Assembly: GCA_963667015.2 (NCBI GenBank)
Contig: CAXXJJ010000004.1
Location: forward strand, 2,496,001 to 2,560,000
DNA from: Desulfatiglandales bacterium
Lineage (GTDB): Bacteria; Desulfobacterota; DSM-4660; Desulfatiglandales; HGW-15
Direction of reading: 5' to 3'
Length of the DNA stretch: 64,000 nt
The notes below the pieces were generated by a model, which saw only the letters and a list, made by a program, of their open reading frames with translations, ran no database searches and was not told the origin of the DNA. Position numbers and translations under genes: made by a program. Below, one piece after another: positions 21,506-30,162 of this stretch (position 1 is the stretch's first letter; each line of letters opens with the position of its first letter).

Positions 21506-22090
21506 TGAACCCTATCTTTTATATCTTGAACCTTGAATCTTGAATCCTTCAATTAACATTTTCAGTTAATTGAAGTTCCTCCTGTTTTGATATATCTTTG
21601 TTCATTAATGGATTAATGATTAATAGGTTAGCTTGGTCCGACCCCATTTCGATAAGACGACCTTTAATAATGCAACTGTAAAAGTTATTGAATTTTGAGA
21701 GAACATCTCCTCATACACTGATCATCGCTCAACTAAGTTGGAGATGATCCTTATAAAAGAATACTACTGTGATTATTTGGCTTCTGACTTTCTACTCAAT
21801 ATCACCGAAACGGCGTCAGGTCACGACATTGGACATAATCGATAGTAGCTGTCCCATGTCGAGGTTTGCCCCCAATGGCTCACCGGGGTTATAAATCCAG
21901 TTTATATCCCCGCAAATCGGTAGAATCTATTGACATGTTAATAAGTTAAGGGCGTCCCACTTCACCCTTCATGGTCGGGTAGAGCATTTTGTTGAACGAA
22001 GCCGCTTGCGCGGCAGAAAAATAATAAATAGTGTATGCTCCTGATGTATGCTCAATTCAGGGCACAAAAAATAATAAAAGGAGATACACT

Positions 22091-22995
22091 ATGAACAAAA
22101 AAGAAACAGAAAGATTTAATGACCTTTATGAAAGACACCTAAGAATACTCAAACTTCAGGGTAAAAGTCAAAGCACTATTGATGCCTATTCAAGGGCGGT
22201 GCGCCGGATAAAAGAGCATTTTGACTGCTGTCCTGATCAGCTTACCCCGGACCAACTTGAACAGTATTTTTCTGACCTGGTTGATTCTCATTCCTGGAGC
22301 ACTGTCAAATTGGACCGTCTTGGACTTCAGTTCTTCTGGAAACACGTTGTCCAGAAAAAATGGGAGTGGATAGATATTATTAAGCCTCCCAAAGTATATA
22401 CCCTGCCTGATATTCTTACACCCGGTGAAATAGAGCGCATAATAGGTGCAACAAGAAAACTCCGATACAGGGTTTTTCTACTGACTACATATTCCATGGG
22501 ACTTCGTTTGCAGGAAGCATTACATCTTCAAACCAGCGATATCGATGCTGAAAGAAAGAAGGTCCATATCCGGCGTGGTAAAGGTCATAAAGACCGTTTA
22601 GTTCCATTGCCGGATCTTACCTTAGAAGCTCTGCGTGAGTTATGGTCAAAACACAAAAACCCTGTATGGCTTTTCCCTAATGCCACGGGCTCTCCTGATA
22701 AAATCCAACAGGCAACTAATCACATGGACACAGGCGGAACTCAGAAGGCTATGCAGGTAGTTGTTAAGGAATGCGGCATTAAAAAAAAGTCCATATCCAT
22801 TCCCTTCGTCACAGCTTCGCAACACACCTGCTTGAGCGCGGCCTGAGTCTCAGACATATCCAGGCTATACTCGGGCATGCCACCCCTGAAACTACCGCTC
22901 GCTATGCTCACCTGACAGATATTACCGAGAATGACAGTCTTGTTAAAATCAATGAGCTGATCAACTCCATTCATGTTGATTTGAAGAAGGTGTAA
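22091..22995 (+). CDS. Tyrosine recombinase needing a -1 frameshift at the A8G run 22781-22789
   Basis: N-terminal SAM-like domain, GLR and KGHK in frame 0; [15 protein letters not shown] and catalytic Y in the -1 frame, stop at 22995. Confidence 0.85.
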
Positions 22996-22997
22996 TC

Positions 22998-24044
22998 ATG
23001 GAACTGGCATCTATCATCAACCAATATTACGACTCATTTATGGCTAAACATTCCAGTACCCTACTACCAGGACATTTAAGCGCACTTAATGCCATTCGTA
23101 GATGCAGAACTCCTGATTCCGGAGAAGTATATACAATCTGCAACCAGTGCGGACATTCCCAATGGAACCCCATGTCCTGTGGTCACCGAAGTTGTCCTAA
23201 ATGCCAGAACCATGAAACCAGCAGGTGGCTTGACCGACAACAGCAAAAGCTGCTGCCTGCACCTTATTTTATGGTTACCTTCACACTGCCATATTCTTTC
23301 AGGCCTTTAGCCATGCACCATCAAAAAGAGATATACCCCTTTTTATTCTCCTGTGCAGCATCCACTCTAAAGGATTTTGCTGCTAACCCAAAAAAACTGG
23401 GGGCTAAAGTCGGTATGACCATTGTTCTGCATACTAATAACAGAAATCTGGATTATCATCCACATGTTCATGTCATCATTCCGGCAGGTGGAGTGGATAA
23501 AAAATCCAAACAATGGAAAAAGAAAAAAGGCAAATACCTCTTTAATGAAAAAGCCATGGCTAAAGTTTTCCGCGCCCGCTTTTTACATGAGCTAAATAAT
23601 GCCGGCTTTTCCATCCCTAAAAATGCACCCAAAAAATGGGTGGCTGACTGCGAACATGTTGGAGCAGGCATTACTGCCCTCAAGTATCTTGCCCGGTATT
23701 TATACCGTGGCGTTATCAGCGAAAAAAATATCATTGCAAACCGGGATGGAAAGATAACCTTTAAGTATATTGATAACAATAAGATTGTAAAATACCGCAC
23801 AATGGATGGGGAAGATTTTATTAAACTTCTACTGCAACATGTACTTCCCAAAGGCTTCAGGAGAGTCAGGGATTATGGCTTCCTTCACAGTAATGCTAAG
23901 AAAATACGTTCTCTGATTCAGGTAATATTGAGAGTCGTTATTGATAAAATCCCGATACGTCCAAGGCCTGCTTTTAAATGCAGCCATTGTAAGTCGCTGA
24001 TGACTATTGTTAAGTTTAGAAAGCCTGTTTGCAACTCGGAATAG
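22998..24044 (+). CDS. IS91-family (Y2/HUH) transposase with Zn-binding domain
   Basis: CxxC..SCxxRxCPxC, HPHVH (HUH), YLARY, HVLPKGF.RVR.YG motifs. Confidence 0.92.
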   Translation: MELASIINQYYDSFMAKHSSTLLPGHLSALNAIRRCRTPDSGEVYTICNQCGHSQWNPMSCGHRSCPKCQNHETSRWLDRQQQKLLPAPYFMVTFTLPYSFRPLAMHHQKEIYPFLFSCAASTLKDFAANPKKLGAKVGMTIVLHTNNRNLDYHPHVHVIIPAGGVDKKSKQWKKKKGKYLFNEKAMAKVFRARFLHELNNAGFSIPKNAPKKWVADCEHVGAGITALKYLARYLYRGVISEKNIIANRDGKITFKYIDNNKIVKYRTMDGEDFIKLLLQHVLPKGFRRVRDYGFLHSNAKKIRSLIQVILRVVIDKIPIRPRPAFKCSHCKSLMTIVKFRKPVCNSE

Positions 24045-24235
24045 ACCTTAATCTGGAAATTGCCCCTCTTGCTTTTATAACACGGAGGTAGCTTTGTTTA
24101 TGAAGATTACAATCACTTTAAAGGCCTTTTTTAAGGTCAGCGTACCGGTCTGCCTTTTGCTTTCCGCTATACTTTAAGTTCCATTACCTGTCAGCTTCTC
24201 GGATATATATATTTTCTTTATATAGACACGGGCTT

Positions 24236-24290
24236 GTTCAACCATTGGATAAGATTGTGGCTCCGCACAATCTATCCTTATTCGTTATGC
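24236..24290 (+). other. attC-like recombination site of the integrase-transposase unit
   Basis: GTTCAAC cattg GATAAGATTGTG gctccg CACAATCTATCC ttattc GTTATGC, with an unpaired base in the left arm. Confidence 0.75.
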
Positions 24291-25478
24291 CTTCTTATTA
24301 GATTCTATTCCTGTCAATATGTTTAACATAGTTTCTGCTTTTTTCATTAAATCATCATATGTTAGAATTTCAATATTGCTCCGAAAAAGTATATTTCTAT
24401 GTAGAAGCTTTTGTTTGTTTTTCAAATCAAGTGTCTCTGACCTACCTATAACCACAAAGCCTATTGGCCTAGTAATACCAGGAAGTGATTCTCTTGCATA
24501 CGGATGGTTGCGTTCTATCCAATGCAACCAGTCCATAACTTGTTGCTCCGCATGTATTAAATACTGGGAGGGGTCACCTTTTTTATTAAATAGCTGTAAA
24601 TTACTTGATTCTATCTCAAGTACATCAATCAGTCCTGAATAACGTTCAAGAGCGTAATCCATTTCATATTCTTTACCTAACTTATATTTTGGTATACTTT
24701 TTTGATACTCTAGGCCAAATAGGATTGGATTGTTCGTTAGGCAAGATTGTAGCTTACTTTCATTTCTATTTTTTCCTTTTAGCAAATTTTTTAGCTCGTT
24801 GATCGCCAGTTCAAGGGAACTTATTAATTGGTTGGCTTTATTTAGCTTTCCTAACTCTTTCTGAACTGCTTTACGGATTAAAGCTATATCTGAAGGATGG
24901 AGTGGTTCATTTAATGCAATATCATTTAAATAATGAATTGAGTCAATTTTTGAACCAGGAGATTTTTTTAACTTAAAACTAAGCTTTCCTCCTTTTCCAT
25001 CAGGAGCTTCAAAGCCATTTACCATCATAGAATGGTAGTATCTTGATAACTCTTCAGATAATTCTTCAGTATTTGGATAAACAGGAATTTCATAAATGGA
25101 AGCAATAGCCAAGGTGTATTTTATATCTTCATTCATTTCCTTTTCTGTTTTTCCATCAGCAAGAATATCTACTATGTGACTTAATTCTAATAGTGCCATA
25201 CTAACATTATATGAATATCCTATGACATGAAATAACGGCTTTCCTTTTTCTACATTGTAAATTAGTTCTTTACTGGATTCTATCATTCCATATTGGGAGA
25301 ACCATGTTTTGACTTCTTTTTTTGAATTCTTATTTTTGCTTCGATTTTGTACTCTTGTAAGATATTTGATAACCTTATTGTCTTCTTGGGAGAAATCATC
25401 ACTTACTGTTGTGAAAGGAATATCAATATTGGTTTTTTCCTGCCATTTTTCAATACGTGTTTTTTTATTTTTTTTCAT
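24285..25478 (-). CDS. sduA: Shedu (SduA, DUF4263) anti-phage nuclease with an unassigned N-terminal domain
   Basis: E..LQ..L..NP.LFG, D..EIE, A..QV.DW, VVIGRS and IEILTYDDL motifs. Confidence 0.8.
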   Translation of the reverse strand: MKKNKKTRIEKWQEKTNIDIPFTTVSDDFSQEDNKVIKYLTRVQNRSKNKNSKKEVKTWFSQYGMIESSKELIYNVEKGKPLFHVIGYSYNVSMALLELSHIVDILADGKTEKEMNEDIKYTLAIASIYEIPVYPNTEELSEELSRYYHSMMVNGFEAPDGKGGKLSFKLKKSPGSKIDSIHYLNDIALNEPLHPSDIALIRKAVQKELGKLNKANQLISSLELAINELKNLLKGKNRNESKLQSCLTNNPILFGLEYQKSIPKYKLGKEYEMDYALERYSGLIDVLEIESSNLQLFNKKGDPSQYLIHAEQQVMDWLHWIERNHPYARESLPGITRPIGFVVIGRSETLDLKNKQKLLHRNILFRSNIEILTYDDLMKKAETMLNILTGIESNKKA

Positions 25479-25505
25479 TTTATTATCAGCTCTTAATGAT
25501 TAGAG

Positions 25506-25567
25506 GCATAACCTGCTTTTCAGCGAACGCGTGCTTTTTGCACTTCGCTGAAAAAGCATTGTTATGT
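25506..25567 (-). other. attC site (62 bp)
   Basis: Minus strand ACATAAC (contains the HNH stop) ...TTTTCAGCGAA...TTCGCTGAAAAG... GTTATGC. Confidence 0.85.
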
Positions 25568-26419
25568 TTCACTTCTAATTAAATCTTTGAGTTGCTCTAC
25601 TGTTGACCAAGGACGCTTACGGTGAAGCATTCGATGACAGTTTGCACAAACAAGAGAGAAATCTTCTACTCTCGTATCTAGAAGTTCACCATTGTTCAAG
25701 TCGCTTAGCGGGCGGTCGTGGTGTGCCTCAATGTATGATGTCCCGAGCTCTCCATAATGTACCGCAAAATCGAATTCACATACCTCGCATGGAAGCGCTC
25801 CATTGTTTCGTTGGGCATGTTGATCTTTTGCTTGACGGACAACTCTTGAATCTCTTTCTCTGGATTTGTGGAGCCTCTCAATTCTTCTCCCTTCAGGAAA
25901 TGATGCACGGACTGGTTCGCTTGCAAAATCCCTCAATAAGTCCGCAGCTAAACGATAAGACGCAAGCGAAAAAACATCTTCCAAGAAATCATCGAGTGAA
26001 ACTATCGAACCAGGCAGTGAAACAACATAATCCTGGTGTCCGGCTGCGCGAATGAAAGCCTCTTTTCTTTCTTCATTACGCCCATCTCTTTTCCTTGGGC
26101 TGTAACTCCAGACTAAATCTAATGAATCCCTACTTGCTCGCTGATCATGCAACTCAGCTACTGGCGGTAGATTGTTCTTTTCCTGATAAATAACAAGGTA
26201 GTAGTTCCCATCGGTATGCCAATCAATAACTAACAACCATAACTTTTTTTCAGAAGATTTGCCGACCTTAAAAGCCCCAATACAGGGTTTATCGTTAGCA
26301 AATGAATGAAACCCTCTCAATGGAAAGGATTGGATATTTTCAACCAAATAGAACTCAGAGCTGTCGCTTATATCATTTGACAGGGCATTTACCAAATGGT
26401 CTGCATTTCTTTTTTTCAT
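25562..26419 (-). CDS. HNH endonuclease, McrA-like (candidate modification-dependent restriction)
   Basis: EGR...ERD, CEVC.FDF...YG, IEAHH..PLS and CANCHRMLH motifs. Confidence 0.85.
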   Translation of the reverse strand: MKKRNADHLVNALSNDISDSSEFYLVENIQSFPLRGFHSFANDKPCIGAFKVGKSSEKKLWLLVIDWHTDGNYYLVIYQEKNNLPPVAELHDQRASRDSLDLVWSYSPRKRDGRNEERKEAFIRAAGHQDYVVSLPGSIVSLDDFLEDVFSLASYRLAADLLRDFASEPVRASFPEGRRIERLHKSRERDSRVVRQAKDQHAQRNNGALPCEVCEFDFAVHYGELGTSYIEAHHDRPLSDLNNGELLDTRVEDFSLVCANCHRMLHRKRPWSTVEQLKDLIRSET

Positions 26420-26440
26420 TCCATCAACTCCATACAAAAA

Positions 26441-26506
26441 ACATAATGCATTAGTATCCAGACTGGCGAGTTTTTTGCTAGGTCCGCGTTTATTACATTA
26501 TTAAAC
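26441..26506 (-). other. Non-canonical attC-like site with AAT/ATT cores
   Basis: Minus strand GTTTAAT (contains the stop) ... internal hairpin ... ATTATGT. Confidence 0.6.
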
Positions 26507-27049
26507 GATCTCCAATTCTCCTCTCCCAATTTCCCTCCAGAGGTATATGTCTAAGTCAACGCGATTACATCCTACCCTTTTCGCTACCTTATTAGCTACT
26601 TGCTGATATTGATTGCTTGTTTCATGTTCGAGGCCAGTAATAGTCTTCCATCTTGGAAGATTTTTACCTAAAGAAGTTGCTCGCAGACCATTTGCAACGT
26701 GGCTATCTAAGGGCACTTCGAGCCATGGGTGAATTTGTAAAATTCCATAATGATAGCAAAGAAATTGATTGTAAAGGCAGTCTCTTAGAAAAATGTTGAC
26801 AGCCTTTCTTGCTGTGCCCCAGTTTTGCGCACCATTTGGTAATGCTTGGACTAAGTTAATCGTGGACTGTTTAAGTTCTTTATTAAAATCATCTTGAAAT
26901 TTAACTGAGAAAGAATTTAAATTCAGTTTGGCAAGGAAGTCTCGTGCAGCCTTAGCAACACCAGGCGCCCCCTGATTGCGGAGGGTGGAATTGCCGATAG
27001 CTAACTCTGCTGTTCGGCGTCGTAAATATTCAATAGTTTTTTTATTCAT
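26501..27049 (-). CDS. Hypothetical protein in a cassette array
   Basis: ~182-aa ORF with RBS; WGTARKAVNIFLRD, LEVPLD and DIYLW segments; stop lies inside an attC-like core. Confidence 0.8.
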   Translation of the reverse strand: MNKKTIEYLRRRTAELAIGNSTLRNQGAPGVAKAARDFLAKLNLNSFSVKFQDDFNKELKQSTINLVQALPNGAQNWGTARKAVNIFLRDCLYNQFLCYHYGILQIHPWLEVPLDSHVANGLRATSLGKNLPRWKTITGLEHETSNQYQQVANKVAKRVGCNRVDLDIYLWREIGRGELEIV

Positions 27050-27103
27050 TTTCCTTTCCAAAACATGGGCAGACCTTCATTCCTGACAGATTCGATAATA
27101 AAA

Positions 27104-27427
27104 AATCAAAAACAACTGGATTCCCCGGTACTCAAAAACAGCATCGCCCTGTTAAATGATGCTCCGCATCCCGCTTTGCGGATTTAACTGGGTAAAAATG
27201 ACGACAAAAAGACTATTGTAATATTTTATATTATGATGCGCCTTGGCGCTTTAATCCGCCAGAGGCGGACAAGGACAGTAATTCTTTATACCCGGAAAGA
27301 TATAATAGGTTAGGTTTAAGACTTTTTTATAATAAATGCAAGAAAAGAAAAGCAAGAGGTCGGATATCAGAGGTCTGAGGTCAGGGGGAAATAAGGCTGA
27401 AGCATTTTAGTCTATAGGCTGTTAGGG
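27104..27427 (-). repeat. Repeated promoter/leader module, copy 1
   Basis: Shares cagtaattctttatacc.gaaagat, tttaagact and ggctgaagc...ggctgttagg blocks with five other loci. Confidence 0.75.
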
Positions 27428-27451
27428 TGTAAGCATGGAGATTTGTTTTTG

Positions 27452-28015
27452 TCATTGTCTCCTTGTCTTTGTGGTATATTTACTTCCACCTTCCCTGATT
27501 TCAAAACCTATTTGCCTTTTAGGTTTATCCGGTGATTTCATGAGCTGTTGGATTGCCTCGAATATTGCCATAATCTGCTCATCATGTTCTTTAATATAGG
27601 ATTCAAGTTCATCAAGTTTGGCAGCCAGTTCTTTATGGGAAGATACAAATTCTCTGATCCTTACAAAGACTCGCATAATAGCTATATTGACCTGGATTGC
27701 TCTCTCACTGTGCAGAACACTGGAAAGCATTGCAACTCCCTGTTCTGTAAAGACATAGGGGTGATATCTTCGCCCACCCTTTCCTTTTGAGATCACAATT
27801 TGTGATCTCAGAGCATTAAACTCCTCTTTATTTAACTGAAACATGAAATCCGGCGGAAATCTCTGTATATTTCTTTTGACCGCCTGGACAAGGATTCTGG
27901 TCTCAACACCATACAGGGCTGCGAGATCCGAGTCTATTAAAACCTTATGCCCACGAACAAGAAATATCGCAGTTTCAATTCTACTTTCAGTAATGATCAA
28001 CTCAGGGATATCCAT
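27452..28015 (-). CDS. ORF6N-domain DNA-binding protein
   Basis: [32 protein letters not shown] and [13 protein letters not shown] motifs. Confidence 0.9.
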   Translation of the reverse strand: MDIPELIITESRIETAIFLVRGHKVLIDSDLAALYGVETRILVQAVKRNIQRFPPDFMFQLNKEEFNALRSQIVISKGKGGRRYHPYVFTEQGVAMLSSVLHSERAIQVNIAIMRVFVRIREFVSSHKELAAKLDELESYIKEHDEQIMAIFEAIQQLMKSPDKPKRQIGFEIREGGSKYTTKTRRQ

Positions 28016-28129
28016 CTGATAGTCTCCTTTGAATCAAAATTCACGGCTACATTTTCATTAGTTCAAAATAAATAAAAGGGCCTCTGTTTAGCTCTTACCA
28101 CCATTATCAAGAAAACATATGGATTAAAC

Positions 28130-28278
28130 GCTCGTAGCCGTGGAATGACGACAAAAAAACTTTGTTTGGAAAAACAAAAGACAATGCGCCTTGGCACTTT
28201 AAGGCAGTAATTCTTTATACCCGAAAAGATATTAAGGTTTTTTTAAGACTAATGGATTGAAAAAGCAAGGGAAAAGCA
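28130..28278 (-). repeat. Repeated promoter/leader module, copy 2
   Basis: gtggaatgacg, gcgccttggcactttaa, cagtaattctttatacccgaaaagat, gactaatggattgaaaaagcaaggg. Confidence 0.75.
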
Positions 28279-28378
28279 GGTTTCAGTCTCCGCATAAAGC
28301 TTCGTCCTGACAAGCAATTCGCGGAATGACGGGAAACCTAACAGTCTTCAGCCTGACAGTCTTCAGTCTGCAGTTCTC

Positions 28379-29296
28379 TCAGCTTGTCTTTTTAGCCACA
28401 ATCACATATCTGCTCGTCACACCCAGTATTTTCTTTTTCTGCATGGCAGATACAACACCCGCGTTGAAACGCCCCGATGACATGGGCGACTGTACCATAT
28501 GGGTCATCTTCCATCCCCCTTTTTTTAACGCACTCAGATAATCATCTATTAAAATGGAGTTTTCCCATGTCTCCTCTTTTGCCGGTTTGCCCTGAAAGTC
28601 TCTCCAGGCGGCATTTTAAACAGACTGAAGCATTTTAGACTAAAGGCTGAAGGAGAAGCAGTAAAACCTAAAAGTCTTCAGACTAAAAAACTTTAGCCTG
28701 CATTTCCTCGTCTCTGAGGTGTCCATTAAAATCTGGAGGTCATTTTCGTAAAATGATCGCCATTTCAATTACTTGGGGAGACTTATGAAGATATTTTCTA
28801 CCTGTCCCATAAATTTATGGGACAGGTCGTTTGAATCTCCTGAAATACTCGATCCTCTGTCTTCGCTTCGTCGTATCGAATCCAGTTTGGAAAGTAGATT
28901 TTTCAAGCTATGCATGGCGGATTCACCCATGCTGTCATACACTTCATCACCGTAAAGCTCGGAGTCGACCAGATCAACAATGGTCTCTATTGTTTCTATA
29001 ACTGATAAATTTTCACGCTGAAGGTTTTCCGCGGCGCACATGCGCCTTGCCTCAAGGTCATTCGCCTTGATTACTCTGGAGAGTATGGTGCTGTTATCAG
29101 TATATTCCTTAACTGCCCTTAGCCTTCTTTCACCGCATATGAGCTGAAAACGCCCGTTACAGCGCCTTAAGACTACAGGCTCAATAAGACCATCCTGCAT
29201 TATGCTTACTGCAAGCTCTCTGAGTTTATCATCGCTTATATGCCTTCTGTGCTGGAAAGGGGAAAGATCAATCTTTTCAATATCAATCAATTCCAT
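28379..29296 (-). pseudogene. Disrupted ParB-domain gene: N-terminal ParB ORF 28769-29296 plus a probable C-terminal fragment 28379-28615
   Basis: GLIEP, GERRLRA and ENLQR ParB motifs end prematurely; the downstream frame reads NAAWRDFQG...RYVIVAKKTS*. Confidence 0.6.
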
Positions 29297-29384
29297 GGTT
29301 ATTTTCCTTTAGTACCCATAAGGAAATGGGTCTGATGTTAAAAACAAACTTTTTTGGATTGATACCAGTAATTCGGGAAAACTT

Positions 29385-29500
29385 TTAAGACAGTAATTCG
29401 TTGTACCTGAAAAGATAGGATTGGTCAGGTTTAAGACTTAATGGATTGAAAAAGCAAGGGTAAAATCAGGCTGAAGCTTTTTAGGCTGTAGGCTGTTAGG
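29385..29500 (-). repeat. Repeated promoter/leader module, copy 3
   Basis: cagtaattcgttgtacctgaaaagat...aatggattgaaaaagcaaggg...ggctgaagctttttaggctgtaggctgttagg. Confidence 0.75.
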
Positions 29501-29825
29501 CGAAACAAAAACTTTGGACAGATATAGCTTAATTCTTTATTTTATCAGGAGAGAGATTATCATTGGCCTGGCTTATGTATTTTTGTGCAACTGGTCAATG
29601 TGCAACGGTTGATCTCCGTTTAGCTCATTAATGTGTTTTACTCAATTTTATTTGTTTATATCTTCGATATTTTATCAGTTTGCATCTGTTTTTTTTTACT
29701 TTACCCACTTTTTAATAAGCCAAAGAGCTATTAGGAGACTTTAAAGGTCTATATTAAAAAGCACTTCTGTTCTCCAACCTCCCTGGCACGGCGTACTAAT
29801 AAGAAGCCGGCTGGTCTTTTTCTTC

Positions 29826-29970
29826 CCCTAACAGCCTATAGTCAGCTTCAGCCCAGTTCCTGACCTCCGATCTCAGACATCTGACCTCTGTCTTTTCCTT
29901 CTTGAATTTATTACAAAAAAAGCCTAAAAATAAAACGTATCATTTCAGGTATAAAGATGTACTGTCTTAC
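29826..29970 (+). repeat. Repeated promoter/leader module, copy 4 (inverted)
   Basis: Matches the reverse complement of copy 1 (cctaacagcctatag...ttcttgaatttatta...ggtataaagatgtactgtc). Confidence 0.7.
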
Positions 29971-30162
29971 AAGTCTTTCAAAATAAATTATTACCAGTTT
30001 TAAAATAAAAACCATTATCCTATTTTAACAAGAAGGGAAAATGATATTTGAATATTTTAGGACATTACCCCTTTACGACTCAAATCGTTAAGCTTAACAC
30101 ACTCTTGATACGAGGAGTATGGGGGACCAGCTAAGGGATTTGATATTTAATATGAGAATTTC

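Larger units (their letters stand above)
21991..24290 (+). mobile_element. Tyrosine recombinase + IS91-type transposase unit organised as a gene cassette with its own attC
   Basis: Begins GTTGAAC (21991); ends with attC-like GTTCAAC...GTTATGC (24236-24290); carries two mobility genes. Confidence 0.75.

Noticed and set aside
22091..22995. Integrase as the integron integrase IntI of the array
   Set aside because: No evident IntI-specific insertion or attI; it is coupled to a Y2 transposase and lies within cassette-like ends at the distal end of the array
27065..27080. 14-nt match (ATGAAGGTCTGCCC, minus strand) to leader copy A
   Set aside because: Lacks the GGCC stem, the P1 hairpin and the terminator; treated as chance
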